Under the pieces are notes generated by a model. That model ran no database searches and had not been told where the DNA came from. It was given only the letters and a program-made list of their open reading frames with translations. The translations under genes were made by a program, and so were the position numbers. From contig OZ244197.1 in the NCBI GenBank assembly GCA_965216785.1, positions 384,001 to 448,000 of the forward strand: a DNA stretch of 64,000 nt, in the 5' to 3' direction. This DNA comes from Thermodesulfobacteriota bacterium. GTDB lineage: Bacteria > Desulfobacterota_D > UBA1144 > Nemesobacterales > UBA2774. The stretch's first letter is position 1, and every line of letters begins with the position of its first letter. This document shows, piece after piece, positions 42,984 to 53,174 of the stretch.

Positions 42984-43742
42984 TTACACCTTCTTTATAT
43001 ATCTATCCACTATATTTAAGAACTCGGAGGAAAAATGCTCCATTTCAACATCTATGCGCTTTACGCGGCTTACGAAGTAGTTATACGCAATAACGGCGGG
43101 TATGGCCGCTGCGAGCCCGATAGCGGTCGCGATCAGGGCCTCGGCTATACCGGGGGCGACTGCCTGCAGTGTGGGGACGCCTTCACTTCCCGCAAGCCCG
43201 ATGAAGGAAGTCATGATACCCCAAACCGTGCCAAATAGCCCTATAAACGGTGCCGCGCTTCCGGTGGTAGCAAGAAAAGTAAGCGAGCTTTCGAGTTTAG
43301 AGGTTTCTGAAGACATAGTCCTGTTCAGAGCCCTCTCTACAAGCTCGATCATACCAAGCTCGCCCGACATCATATCGGCGCTTGTCCCGCCCTCGGGTTT
43401 TTGTCCCGAGCTGCTTGCCCTTTTGATTTTAAGTATCTCCGTGTAGCCCGCTCTGAACACTTCGGCAATCGGCCCGCCGATGTGCTTAGTCGAGGAATAG
43501 AGGTTCCCAAAATTCCCGCTCGCATTATAGAGATCGAGAAACTTGTCCGAGCTCCGGGTCGCTTTTCTGAGCACGAAGTACTTTGAGAACATAATGGTCC
43601 AGCATACGACCGACATAAATAAGAGAATAAGAAGAACCGCTTTAACCACAGGGCCCGCGTGAGAGACGAGGGTCATAATTTCTACCTGCTCCGCTGTGGT
43701 CTCTGCCTGCGCCTGCAACACGAAAGATATCCAGTTTGTCAT
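42984..43742 (-). CDS. tolQ: TolQ/ExbB proton channel
   Basis: LATTGSAAPFIGLFGTVWGIM, VAPGIAEALIATA. Confidence 0.92.
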   Translation of the reverse strand: MTNWISFVLQAQAETTAEQVEIMTLVSHAGPVVKAVLLILLFMSVVCWTIMFSKYFVLRKATRSSDKFLDLYNASGNFGNLYSSTKHIGGPIAEVFRAGYTEILKIKRASSSGQKPEGGTSADMMSGELGMIELVERALNRTMSSETSKLESSLTFLATTGSAAPFIGLFGTVWGIMTSFIGLAGSEGVPTLQAVAPGIAEALIATAIGLAAAIPAVIAYNYFVSRVKRIDVEMEHFSSEFLNIVDRYIKKV

Positions 43743-43994
43743 GCTAGTTTACCTGCTGATAAGTTAGATTTAGGATTGAACATTAATGATATTCAACACT
43801 GTGAGATTATTACGAATGAGCTACATCTTAGCTTTGATCTAAAGTGTTCCATACATAATATGTAAAATCAACAGCGATTATGAAAGCCCGGAGGGGGTTA
43901 AATACGCCAGTTAGATTTTGATGGGAGAATATATTATTATTAATCCCGGTACAAAGAGAAAATATAATCTAGGCTCATCAAAAGGAGGCGCGTG

Positions 43995-44444
43995 ATGGCA
44001 AGAATTTTAACCGTGACCGCACTGACTATAATTTCACTTTATCTTCTGTTCCCGCAGCTGAGTTTTTCTGAGGAAAACAGATACACTGTTGTAATAGAAG
44101 AGAGTTTTTATGTCGTAAAGCCGGAGAACACAGAGAAGTTTCTCAAGGTTTACAGGGAGAAATTGTATCCCTTCTGGGAAGAGATGCGGAAAATGGGGAT
44201 TATCACTGAAGAATATAAGCTCTACTCGCAGAGAGTGCACACTCTCGATCCGCTATGGACGTATAAGACGGTAGTAAAGTTTCCGAACTACGCTGCGCTC
44301 GATAAGTGGCTTGAGATGAGGGATGTGGTTTACAAGAAACTCTTCCCTAACGAAGAGGGTTACAAAACCCCAAGGAAGGAGATTGACCTCATAACAGTAG
44401 AGCACTGGGATGAGTTTATAAGAGAAATACCGCTTTCTAAGTAG
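43995..44444 (+). CDS. Secreted hypothetical protein (dimeric alpha/beta barrel-like)
   Basis: AAGGAGG RBS, signal peptide, YVVKPE..EKF...FPNYAALD pattern. Confidence 0.65.
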   Translation: MARILTVTALTIISLYLLFPQLSFSEENRYTVVIEESFYVVKPENTEKFLKVYREKLYPFWEEMRKMGIITEEYKLYSQRVHTLDPLWTYKTVVKFPNYAALDKWLEMRDVVYKKLFPNEEGYKTPRKEIDLITVEHWDEFIREIPLSK

Positions 44445-44446
44445 TC

Positions 44447-45469
44447 TTATTTACTGAAAAGGCCCTTCTGCATATGTGGGGGAGCGATATTCAAGTGGTC
44501 GTAGGCAAGCGGGGTGACTTCTCTTCCTCGCGGGGTTTTAACCAATAGCCCTTCCCGCACGAGATACGGCTCGTAGACGTCTTCGATAGTGTCTCTTTCT
44601 TCACTCACAGCCGCAGAGAGGGTATCGATGCCCACGGGGCCTCCCCTGAATTTTTCAATTATTGTCTCGAGTATCATCCTGTCTAGACCGTCAAGACCGA
44701 GTGAATCTACCTCGAGCATGTCGAGCGCGCGTATTGCAACCTCTTCAGTGACATTTCCGTCCGCCTTTACCTCCGCGTAGTCCCTTACCCTCTTAAGCAG
44801 GCGGTTCGCGACTCTGGGCGTACCTCTGGCGCGGCATGAAATTTCGCTTACCCCTTTCGGAGAAGTGTCCACTCCGAGTATCTTTGCCGAGCGTTTAAGT
44901 ATCCCTTCAATCTCGTCCGAATTGTAGTAGTCAAGTCTGAGATCGACGCCGAACCTGGAGCGCAGAGGTGAAGTAAGTAGCCCCGTCCTGGTGGTCGCGC
45001 CTACCAGAGTGAAGCGGTTCACACCCACCTTCATCGACTTTGCTGTCGGGCCCTCGCCAATCATTATATCAATCTTGTAATCCTCCATGGCAGAGTAGAG
45101 GTACTCTTCCACAATTCTGTTGAGGCGGTGAATTTCGTCAATAAAGAGAACGTCTCTCTCTTCAAGATTAGTCAGAATTGAGGCAAGATCGCCTACTCTT
45201 TCTATGACCGGGCCGGAGGTGGAGTAAATCCTCACCCCGAGCTCATTCGCCACTATGTGCGCAAGGGTCGTTTTGCCCAAGCCGGGGGGACCGTAGAGGA
45301 GCACGTGATCTAGCGCTTCATTACGCTTCTTCGCGGCCTCAATGAATATAGCCACCTTCTCCTTTACCTTAACCTGACCAAGGTAGTCTTTAAGGTGTGA
45401 GGGCCTTAAGTTAACATCAAATTGTACATCCTCTTCCTGACCGTCCGGGTTTATGATTCTTTCATTCAT
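44447..45469 (-). CDS. ruvB: Holliday junction helicase RuvB
   Basis: [38 protein letters not shown]. Confidence 0.98.
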   Translation of the reverse strand: MNERIINPDGQEEDVQFDVNLRPSHLKDYLGQVKVKEKVAIFIEAAKKRNEALDHVLLYGPPGLGKTTLAHIVANELGVRIYSTSGPVIERVGDLASILTNLEERDVLFIDEIHRLNRIVEEYLYSAMEDYKIDIMIGEGPTAKSMKVGVNRFTLVGATTRTGLLTSPLRSRFGVDLRLDYYNSDEIEGILKRSAKILGVDTSPKGVSEISCRARGTPRVANRLLKRVRDYAEVKADGNVTEEVAIRALDMLEVDSLGLDGLDRMILETIIEKFRGGPVGIDTLSAAVSEERDTIEDVYEPYLVREGLLVKTPRGREVTPLAYDHLNIAPPHMQKGLFSK

Positions 45470-45483
45470 GATTTGTTTTCATT

Positions 45484-45566
45484 CCTGCGGGCATCGCTGT
45501 CTGCTTTATTTTATCATGCTCTCGCTCGCACACGACGTTCACTCGCTGCCCCCAGCCTCTGTCCCC
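45484..45566. repeat. ~83-bp dispersed intergenic element, copy B
   Basis: Starts CCTGCGGGCATCGCTGTCT and ends GCCTCTGTCCCC. Confidence 0.55.
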
Positions 45567-45610
45567 ATATAATATATATATTCTCTTTGGAGATTAATAG
45601 CTATGGAGTT

Positions 45611-46201
45611 TCAAGAAATCTGTTTCATTAGTTTAAGTGAAGCTCTGAGCGCTTTTTCTATATCGTTTTCTCTTGAGGCGATTTCTTCAAGCTGCTTAAT
45701 TTGCTCATCTATCTCGTTCTTTTTATAACCAAGGTTCAGGAGAGCCGAGATCACATCCCCCGCTATTGTTCCTTCTCTCTTGGTCTCCTCAGATATGCTC
45801 AGCTTGGGCACTTTGTCCTTCAGCTCGTTCTGAAGCCTGGAGGCGAGCTTGGGACCGATGCCCGGAATCTTCTTTTTCTGGAGCTCCCCTGACGCTACGG
45901 CAGAGGCGAATTCCCCGGGATCGACATTGGACAGTATGCTGATTGCAAGCTTGGGACCTACTCCGGATACTCCGATAAGGAGGTTAAAAATAGTTTTCTC
46001 GTCCTCGTTCAGAAACCCGAACAGCTCGATCCCGCTGTCCTTCATGTGCGTGTGGATAATTAATTCAGCATCTCTGCCAATCTCCGGAAGACGGTAAAAA
46101 GTGGAAAGGGGCACCGTTACTCCATAACCAACACCGCCGACGTCAACGATTACGCTTCCAAGCTCTTTTCGGGCAATTCTGCCTCTAAGAAGGGAGATCA
46201 T
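45611..46201 (-). CDS. ruvA: Holliday junction DNA-binding protein RuvA
   Basis: DVGGVGY, VSGVGPKLA, IPGIGPK, ALLNLGY. Confidence 0.96.
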   Translation of the reverse strand: MISLLRGRIARKELGSVIVDVGGVGYGVTVPLSTFYRLPEIGRDAELIIHTHMKDSGIELFGFLNEDEKTIFNLLIGVSGVGPKLAISILSNVDPGEFASAVASGELQKKKIPGIGPKLASRLQNELKDKVPKLSISEETKREGTIAGDVISALLNLGYKKNEIDEQIKQLEEIASRENDIEKALRASLKLMKQIS

Positions 46202-46730
46202 CTAGTGTAAAACGCCTCCTTCTTCTCCTGGGTTTTACGAAATCAGCTCCGAGTCTGCTTTCGATTCTGGAAAGGTGGATGTGGCAGAGCGCTATGGCCA
46301 CGGCGTCAGAGGCGTCGGGGCTCTCAAAATCGGAGATTCCAAGTATCGACGTCAGCATCCTCTGCATCTCCATCTTGTTAGCTCTACCCCTTCCAGTGAG
46401 CGCGAGCTTTACCTTTGTGGGCGAGTATTCGTGTATGGTAATCCCTGAAGTAGAGGCCGCTAGAAGCGCGACACCCCTCGCCTGCCCGAGCTTTATCGCG
46501 CTTCGGGCGTTCTTGGCAAAAAATATGTCTTCTATGGAAATGGCCTCGGGCTTATGCTCGGTTATTACCTCTACGAGGCCGTCGTATATGACCTTTAGCT
46601 TCTGACATAATTCCAGGCTGGATTTGGGCGCAATACTCCCGTGAGCCACGTGTGCTATATCTCCGTTTCGGACTTCGAGTACCCCGTAGCCGCAAATCCT
46701 TGAGCCGGGGTCTATTCCGATTACCTTCAT
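46185..46730 (-). CDS. ruvC: Crossover junction endodeoxyribonuclease RuvC
   Basis: IGIDPGS, LGQARG, DASDAVAIALCH. Confidence 0.97.
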   Translation of the reverse strand: MKVIGIDPGSRICGYGVLEVRNGDIAHVAHGSIAPKSSLELCQKLKVIYDGLVEVITEHKPEAISIEDIFFAKNARSAIKLGQARGVALLAASTSGITIHEYSPTKVKLALTGRGRANKMEMQRMLTSILGISDFESPDASDAVAIALCHIHLSRIESRLGADFVKPRRRRRRFTLDDLPS

Positions 46731-46807
46731 ATTTTTAGGTTTAGAAACATCCTCCGGGGACGCTTGAATTAGAGTTGATCGAGTTTACGCCGCCGGGACT
46801 ATACAAA

Positions 46808-47554
46808 TTAAGTAAGACTTTCTATTACTTCTTCCGGCACGTCGAAGTTTGAGTAGACATTCTGAACGTCGTCGCTTTCCTCAAGCGCTTCCATGAGACG
46901 GATCATATGCTCTGCTTCCTTACCTTCGATCTTGACGCTGTTCTGCGGAATCATGGTAACTTCCGCGCTCTCATACTTTAAACCCGCTTCATCGAGCACC
47001 GCTTTCACAGCTTCAATCTCCTCAGGAGGCGTTACTACGACAAGCTCGCTGTCTTCGGTGACAACGTCGTCAGCGCCCGCGTCGAGCACGAGATCAAACA
47101 CCTGCTCTTCGTCCACAGTGTCCTTTTCAAATGCGATTCTGCCCTTCATGTCGAACATCCAGGCTACGCAGCCGTTCTCCCCGAGGTTCCCGCCGTGCTT
47201 TGTGAAAATGCGTCTGATATCAGAAACCGTCCTATTTTTGTTGTCGGTAAGCGTGCGAACCAGAACCGCGCTACCGCCCGGGCCGTAGCCCTCGTAAGAA
47301 AGCTCGTGGAACTCGTCCCCGCCGATCTCACCCGTGCCGCGCTTTATCGCCCGGTCTATGGTGTCGTTGGGCATGTTTGCGCCCTTAGCGGTGTTGATCG
47401 CAGTTCTAAGACGAGGATTAGAATCTAAATCCCCGCCGCCGTGCTTTGCAGCCACTGTAAGCTCTCGGATGAGTTTGGTAAACACCTTACCCCTTTTTGC
47501 GTCTACTGCGGCTTTTCTATGTTTGATATTAGCCCATTTAGAGTGTCCGGCCAT
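46808..47554 (-). CDS. yebC: YebC/PmpR-family protein
   Basis: [31 protein letters not shown]. Confidence 0.97.
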   Translation of the reverse strand: MAGHSKWANIKHRKAAVDAKRGKVFTKLIRELTVAAKHGGGDLDSNPRLRTAINTAKGANMPNDTIDRAIKRGTGEIGGDEFHELSYEGYGPGGSAVLVRTLTDNKNRTVSDIRRIFTKHGGNLGENGCVAWMFDMKGRIAFEKDTVDEEQVFDLVLDAGADDVVTEDSELVVVTPPEEIEAVKAVLDEAGLKYESAEVTMIPQNSVKIEGKEAEHMIRLMEALEESDDVQNVYSNFDVPEEVIESLT

Positions 47555-47579
47555 AACCTATCACCTCACTTCTTAAAAT

Positions 47580-47606
47580 GTCATCCCGGAGCTGATCCGG
47601 GATCTC
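47580..47606. repeat. REP-like palindrome
   Basis: GTC-ATCCCGGA-GCTGA-TCCGGGAT-CTC. Confidence 0.75.
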
Positions 47607-47691
47607 ATATTTTAGTATTTAAAGTTTATACGGTATGTAAGAATTTTATAACATCGGGAAAGTTTTAGCAAGATATTCTATAGAGCGTTTA

Positions 47692-47761
47692 TCATCCCGG
47701 ATGCTGAATCGATCCCGTATCAAGTACGGGACATGGTTCAGCACGGGCTTGGTCCGAAATC
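47692..47761. repeat. Nested REP-like palindromes
   Basis: TCATCCCGG[ATGCTGAATC[GATCCCGTATCAAGTACGGGA]CATGGTTCAGCAC]GGGCTTGGTCCGAAATC. Confidence 0.7.
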
Positions 47762-47777
47762 ACATTTTTCAACCGTA

Positions 47778-48668
47778 TTACTCAACCTTCTTAACCGTTA
47801 CAGTCAGGGGCTGCGGGCCGCCTCTATTGGTAGTAATGGTAGACACAGGTGCGCCTGAGTTTATTTCCTTCACCGTGAGCACTTTTGTAGAGGGATTTAT
47901 GACCTGATCGGCAAGAGAGCTGAAATCAAAGCGTATATTCGCCTCCGGGTCGAGCCCGAACACCTCCGCCGTGATAGGGGCAGGCTTGCCTACGTCCGTT
48001 TCGGGAACAAAGATATTGTATCCCCAGGCCGGTATCTCAGCGTTTATGAAGCTTCCGCCCGGCTCTTTTACGTTAACGCGCAGCATGCCTTCGATGTTCA
48101 CTATACTCGATGGTAAGTTTTGAAACTCCGCCGCAAGCTGATCAGATTTCATCACTATTATCTTTCCGGGGATAAACGACTGGTCACTGTTATTGAGAAG
48201 CCCGATCTGGTATTTGCTGGGCTCTAAGATGCTCTGAGACGGGAACACAAAGGTAGTATTAAGAGTTCCGAACTCGATTAAGAGCTTTTCGATGGAATAC
48301 ACCGCGCTTCCGCCAGAATTGGCCGGGGTTGCCGGAAGAGAAATTTTAAGTATCCCTCTTTCTCCCGAGATGATAACGCCGAAAGCGCCGGAAAGCTCTG
48401 ATGGAAGGCTGAATTTTCTCCAGTCATCTGTCAGTATCCGGACTTCTATCTCGACCCTGTCCCCGAGAAGCCCGCTGCGGTCGATTGTCCTAATAGAGCG
48501 CACTTTACCAATATATTCTGGGTTTACGTATATATCGCCTTTAAGGGAAGTTACCTCGACCTCGGTGTACATAGGCTGCGCTTGCCCATCCAGTGAGCTT
48601 AGCGGTATCAACAGAGCAACGGCCAGAACAATCGTTAGAAACGCTTTAATCTTATGAGCTTTAATCAT
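47778..48668 (-). CDS. Secreted beta-rich hypothetical protein
   Basis: Signal peptide ending QAQ, 296 aa, no family recognised. Confidence 0.7.
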   Translation of the reverse strand: MIKAHKIKAFLTIVLAVALLIPLSSLDGQAQPMYTEVEVTSLKGDIYVNPEYIGKVRSIRTIDRSGLLGDRVEIEVRILTDDWRKFSLPSELSGAFGVIISGERGILKISLPATPANSGGSAVYSIEKLLIEFGTLNTTFVFPSQSILEPSKYQIGLLNNSDQSFIPGKIIVMKSDQLAAEFQNLPSSIVNIEGMLRVNVKEPGGSFINAEIPAWGYNIFVPETDVGKPAPITAEVFGLDPEANIRFDFSSLADQVINPSTKVLTVKEINSGAPVSTITTNRGGPQPLTVTVKKVE

Positions 48669-48852
48669 TTATGGCACCTTTGGGACTTATAATTATATTT
48701 AACCACGAATTTACAGTAATTAACACAAATTAAAGCAAAAATAAAGATTTTTCCGGTTTTAAACCACTTTTAACATTTTCGCGTGCTTTCGTGCTGATTT
48801 GTGGTTAAAGCAAGTTTATTTTATAGTTGTAATTATCCACGAAAAAACTGAC

Positions 48853-48882
48853 TTGACAAAACACATCAATAGCATGCATAAT
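48853..48882 (+). promoter_or_regulatory. Putative sigma70 promoter of rho
   Basis: TTGACA-18 bp-CATAAT, about 115 bp upstream of the ATG. Confidence 0.5.
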
Positions 48883-48998
48883 AATGATGTCTATATACTT
48901 TTACTACAACTCAAAGAGAACTGACTCTCATTTCCACATTTAGTAAGAAGATTTTGCTGTAAAAAATCCAATATATTGAGGTCGAGGACTTAACACAT

Positions 48999-50366
48999 AT
49001 GGCTAGAGCTACCAAATTACGGGAAAAATCCCCAGTAGAAGAAAAGGTACGGGAAGAAAAAGTGCAGGGGAAAAAAGAACAATCGGAAAAGGAAGTTGTA
49101 AAAGAATCCAAACAGTTCCTTAACCTTAACGAGCTTAGAAACAGAAAGAGCGCAGAGCTTATGAAAATGGCGCGCGATCTTGAAATAGAAGAAGTTTCGC
49201 GTATGACCAAGCAGGATATCACGTACGCGATACTGAAAGCCCAGAGTGAAAAAGAAGGGGTTATTTTCGCTGAAGGTGTGCTCGAAATACTCTCAGAGGG
49301 TTACGGTTTCCTGCGCTCGCCAAAATATAGCTATCTACCCGGCCCTGACGACATTTACGTCTCAAAATCGCAGATTCGCTCATTTAACCTCAAGACCGGA
49401 GACACTGTAGGCGGACAGGTAAGGCTCCCTAGGGAAGGCGAGAAAAACCTTGCGCTTCTTAAGATCGAGGAAGTAAACTTTGAATCCCCAGAGGTATGCA
49501 GAGAGCGGATCGCTTTTGAAAACAGGGTTCCACTGCACCCTGAGGAGAGAATTAATCTTGAATACGACGCCAATGAATTCTGCAGCCGTGTGCTGGATCT
49601 TTTTATTCCGATCGGTAAGGGCCAAAGAGGGCTTATTGTGGCGCCTCCTAGGACCGGTAAGACAATACTTCTTCAAAGAATAGCAAACGCGATAACCAAG
49701 AACAACCCGGATGTAGCGCTCATAGTGCTGCTGATTGACGAGCGCCCCGAGGAAGTAACCGATATGGACCGCCATGTGGTAGGCGAGGTCGTGAGCTCAA
49801 CGTTCGATGAGCCAGCGCAGAGGCACATTCAGGTCGCGGACATGGTGCTTGAGAAAGCCAAGAGGCTTGTAGAGCACGGAAAGGACGTCGTTATACTGCT
49901 GGATAGTTTGACAAGGCTTGCCAGAGCAAGCAACACAGTCACTCCCGCGAGCGGAAGGGTGCTGTCCGGAGGTATGGAAGCAAACGCTCTACAAAGACCT
50001 AAAAGATTTTTCGGCGCGGCCAGAAACACCGAGGAAGGCGGCAGTCTGACTATCATAGCGACTGCTCTTATCGACACCGGCAGCCGTATGGACGAGGTGA
50101 TCTTCGAGGAGTTTAAAGGTACGGGTAATATGGAAGCGTATCTTGACAGACGCCTTGCCGACAAGAGGGTATTCCCGGCAATCGATATACAGCGCTCGGG
50201 TACGAGGAAAGAAGAGCTTCTACTCTCTGAAGAGGTTCTCAATAAAGTCTGGCTATTGCGTAAGGTGCTTAGCCCGATGAATACGATTGAGGCTATGGAG
50301 TTTCTGCTCGATAAAATGAGCGGGACCAAGTCCAATAAAGAATTCATGAATATGATGAACTCATAA
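48999..50366 (+). CDS. rho: Transcription termination factor Rho
   Basis: [42 protein letters not shown]. Confidence 0.99.
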   Translation: MARATKLREKSPVEEKVREEKVQGKKEQSEKEVVKESKQFLNLNELRNRKSAELMKMARDLEIEEVSRMTKQDITYAILKAQSEKEGVIFAEGVLEILSEGYGFLRSPKYSYLPGPDDIYVSKSQIRSFNLKTGDTVGGQVRLPREGEKNLALLKIEEVNFESPEVCRERIAFENRVPLHPEERINLEYDANEFCSRVLDLFIPIGKGQRGLIVAPPRTGKTILLQRIANAITKNNPDVALIVLLIDERPEEVTDMDRHVVGEVVSSTFDEPAQRHIQVADMVLEKAKRLVEHGKDVVILLDSLTRLARASNTVTPASGRVLSGGMEANALQRPKRFFGAARNTEEGGSLTIIATALIDTGSRMDEVIFEEFKGTGNMEAYLDRRLADKRVFPAIDIQRSGTRKEELLLSEEVLNKVWLLRKVLSPMNTIEAMEFLLDKMSGTKSNKEFMNMMNS

Positions 50367-50477
50367 AGATTTCCGGACTGCCTGATCTCCAACCAAAGGT
50401 TTTAATTCATAGTACGTAAGAGATTTAATTTTGATAAATTGTTTCGCCCTTTTGCAACTATAGGCTATGGTATTTCT

Positions 50478-52193
50478 ATGTCCGCATTAAAGCTACTACC
50501 ACTGCTATTCTTGTTTTTCACTCTGCCTGTCTTAGCTCAGGTGGATCCGCCCTATGAGCCTAAGGCCAGATTCCATCCAGCGCTTGGCAAGCTGGGAATG
50601 GTGTCCTCACAGGAGAGATACGCAACCAGGGCAGGGCTCGAGGTGCTCAAAGAGGGCGGGAACGCTGTTGACGCCGCTGTGACTGTAGGCTTTGCGCTTG
50701 CCGTTACGCTCCCGAGAGCGGGAAACCTGGGAGGGGGCGGGTTTATGCTCGTGTATCTGGCGGAAAAAGACGAAGTAGTCGCTATAGACTACAGGGAAAA
50801 AGCTCCGCTTGCGGCTACACATGACATGTTCCTAGATGAAAACGGGGAAGTAGACAAAGAGAAATCAAGAAATAGCATATTTTCAGCGGGCGTCCCCGGC
50901 ACAGTAGCCGGTCTTACGCTCGCGCTTGAGAAGTACGGCACTATAACTCTCGAAAGAGCAATCCGGCCCGCTCTTGAGCTGGCTAGTCAGGGCTTTGCGG
51001 TAAACCAGGAGCTAAGAAGCTCGCTCCTTCAGGTAAAAGAGCGCATGAGAGAGTCCGACGCCGCTATGGGCACCTATTTTAAAAAAGGCGGAGAGCCTTA
51101 CCAAGTCGGAGAAACTCTTAAGCAAGAAGAGCTGGCCTGGAGTCTTGAGGACATATCGAAAAACGGCTCAAAAGCATTTTACTCAGGAGATATAGCGGGG
51201 AAGATAGAGAGTTTCATGCAGTCAAGGGGAGGGCTTATTACAAAAGAGGATCTCTCCTCTTATAAGCCTGTAATCAGGACCCCGGTTAAAGGGACTTATA
51301 GAGGCTATGAAATCTACTCTATGCCGCCTCCTAGCTCCGGCGGAGTACACCTCATTCAGATACTCAACATGCTGGAGCTATTCCCCATGTCTCAGATGGG
51401 ACACAACACAGCTTCCGCTATACATACTATGGTTGAGGCAAAGAAGCTTGCCTATGCAGACCGCTCAGAGCACATGGGCGACCCGGACTTTGCTCCGGTT
51501 AATACAAACGGACTGATATCTAAAGCATATGCGAAGGAGCTAAAGCTTAAAATTAATTCGGATAAAGCGAAACCAAGTAGTGAAATTCTTCCGGGCTTAA
51601 TTCCAGCTGCGGAAGGGAACAATACAACTCACTTCTCCGTTATAGATAAAGACGGAAACGCAGTCTCAAACACATATACGTTAAATTTCAGATACGGATC
51701 TAAAATTATGGTGCCCGGCACAGGCATACTGCTCAATAACGAAATGGATGATTTCTCATCCAAGCCCGGCGTGCCCAACGCCTACGGGCTCACGGGCGGA
51801 GACCTGAACGCAATAGAGCCTGGGAAAAGGATGCTGAGCTCAATGACCCCAACAATAGTGATGAAAGAGGGGAAACCATTCCTTATTACGGGAAGCCCGG
51901 GCGGGAGCAGAATCATTACCACAGTGCTTCAAATAATATTAAACGTGATCGATTTCAATATGAATATCGCAGAGGCTACAAACGCTGTAAGGGTCCACCA
52001 CCAGTGGCTTCCGGACGTCCTCTATGCCGAGGAAGGGCTTAACGCAGATACCGTGAGACTGCTCGAGGAAATGGGGCATAGCGTGGAGCTTGGGAATACT
52101 ATAGGGTGCACAGAAAGTATAATGAAAGAAGGGGATTTCCTTTACGGAGCGTCAGACCCGAGGAGACGGGACGGTTTGACGATGGGGTACTAA
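50478..52193 (+). CDS. ggt: Gamma-glutamyltransferase (exported)
   Basis: GGNAVDAAV, NTTHFSV (catalytic Thr), LLNNEMDDF, SSMTP, GSPGG, signal peptide. Confidence 0.97.
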   Translation: MSALKLLPLLFLFFTLPVLAQVDPPYEPKARFHPALGKLGMVSSQERYATRAGLEVLKEGGNAVDAAVTVGFALAVTLPRAGNLGGGGFMLVYLAEKDEVVAIDYREKAPLAATHDMFLDENGEVDKEKSRNSIFSAGVPGTVAGLTLALEKYGTITLERAIRPALELASQGFAVNQELRSSLLQVKERMRESDAAMGTYFKKGGEPYQVGETLKQEELAWSLEDISKNGSKAFYSGDIAGKIESFMQSRGGLITKEDLSSYKPVIRTPVKGTYRGYEIYSMPPPSSGGVHLIQILNMLELFPMSQMGHNTASAIHTMVEAKKLAYADRSEHMGDPDFAPVNTNGLISKAYAKELKLKINSDKAKPSSEILPGLIPAAEGNNTTHFSVIDKDGNAVSNTYTLNFRYGSKIMVPGTGILLNNEMDDFSSKPGVPNAYGLTGGDLNAIEPGKRMLSSMTPTIVMKEGKPFLITGSPGGSRIITTVLQIILNVIDFNMNIAEATNAVRVHHQWLPDVLYAEEGLNADTVRLLEEMGHSVELGNTIGCTESIMKEGDFLYGASDPRRRDGLTMGY

Positions 52194-53143
52194 ACCGTGA
52201 TCTCGAGCATACGGTCAATTGACTTTTTGGCTTTGTGGGCAGTATCTTCAGGCACCTTAACCTCAAATACCTCTTCCTGAAGTGACTTAAGAACCTTTGG
52301 CAGCGTAATCATTTTCATATACTTACATACCGCGTTTTCCTTTGCCGGATAAAAGACTTTATCTGGGTTGTCCTTTCTCAAGCGGTGGAGCATTCCGGTC
52401 TCGGTAGCTACTATGAATTCTTTTGATTCCGACTCTTTCGCGTGGTTTATCATGCCCCCTGTTGAAAGAAAGCACATGTCCTTATCTCCGTTTGTAGAAT
52501 TGTTTACAGAATGATAGAGGAAATTTGTGGTGCAGCCGCATTCGGGGTGAATCATCATCTCGGCCCCAGGGTGCGTCTCTCTAATCTCCTTGATTTCAGG
52601 AATACGAATGCCCGCGTGCACGTGGCACTCTCCGTGCCATATATGCATCTTTCGTCCGGTAACCTTGGCAGCGTAAGCGCCCAGAAACATATCGGGTAAA
52701 AACAGTATTTCCTTATCTTCGGGCACTGAGTTTACTACCTGCACCGCGTTTGCTGACGTACAGCAGTAATCTGTCTCAGCCTTTACTTCTGCGCTCGTAT
52801 TCACATAGGACACCACAACAGCGCCCGGGTGCTCTTCTTTCCAGTCCCTTAGCTGCTCGGCGTCAATCGTATCCGCAAGCGAACAGCCCGCTCCAAGATC
52901 GGGGATAAGCACTTTTTTATCGGGGGAAATGATTGATGCCGTCTCGGCCATAAAATGGACGCCGCAAAAAACTATTATATCGGCGTCAGTCTCAGCCGCC
53001 TTTTGCGACAGACCAAGAGAATCTCCTGTGTAATCGGCAATGTCCTGTACTTCGGGGATCTGATAATTATGCGCAAGTATGACTGCGTTTTTATCTTTTC
53101 TTAGTCTATTTATCTCTTCTGTTAGCTTTTCTAGCTCTGTCAT
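52190..53143 (-). CDS. nadA: Quinolinate synthase A
   Basis: LAHNYQ, FCGVHFMAET, AGCSLAD, CHVH, HPEC, CKYMK. Confidence 0.97.
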   Translation of the reverse strand: MTELEKLTEEINRLRKDKNAVILAHNYQIPEVQDIADYTGDSLGLSQKAAETDADIIVFCGVHFMAETASIISPDKKVLIPDLGAGCSLADTIDAEQLRDWKEEHPGAVVVSYVNTSAEVKAETDYCCTSANAVQVVNSVPEDKEILFLPDMFLGAYAAKVTGRKMHIWHGECHVHAGIRIPEIKEIRETHPGAEMMIHPECGCTTNFLYHSVNNSTNGDKDMCFLSTGGMINHAKESESKEFIVATETGMLHRLRKDNPDKVFYPAKENAVCKYMKMITLPKVLKSLQEEVFEVKVPEDTAHKAKKSIDRMLEITV

Positions 53144-53174
53144 TTCACACTGTCCATTTCATGAGGTAAATAGA

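Noticed and set aside
43770-43795. Fur-box-like AATGATATTCA upstream of tolQ
   Set aside because: Only about 12 of 19 positions match in AT-rich DNA, and the genes look like tolQRA rather than tonB-exbBD.
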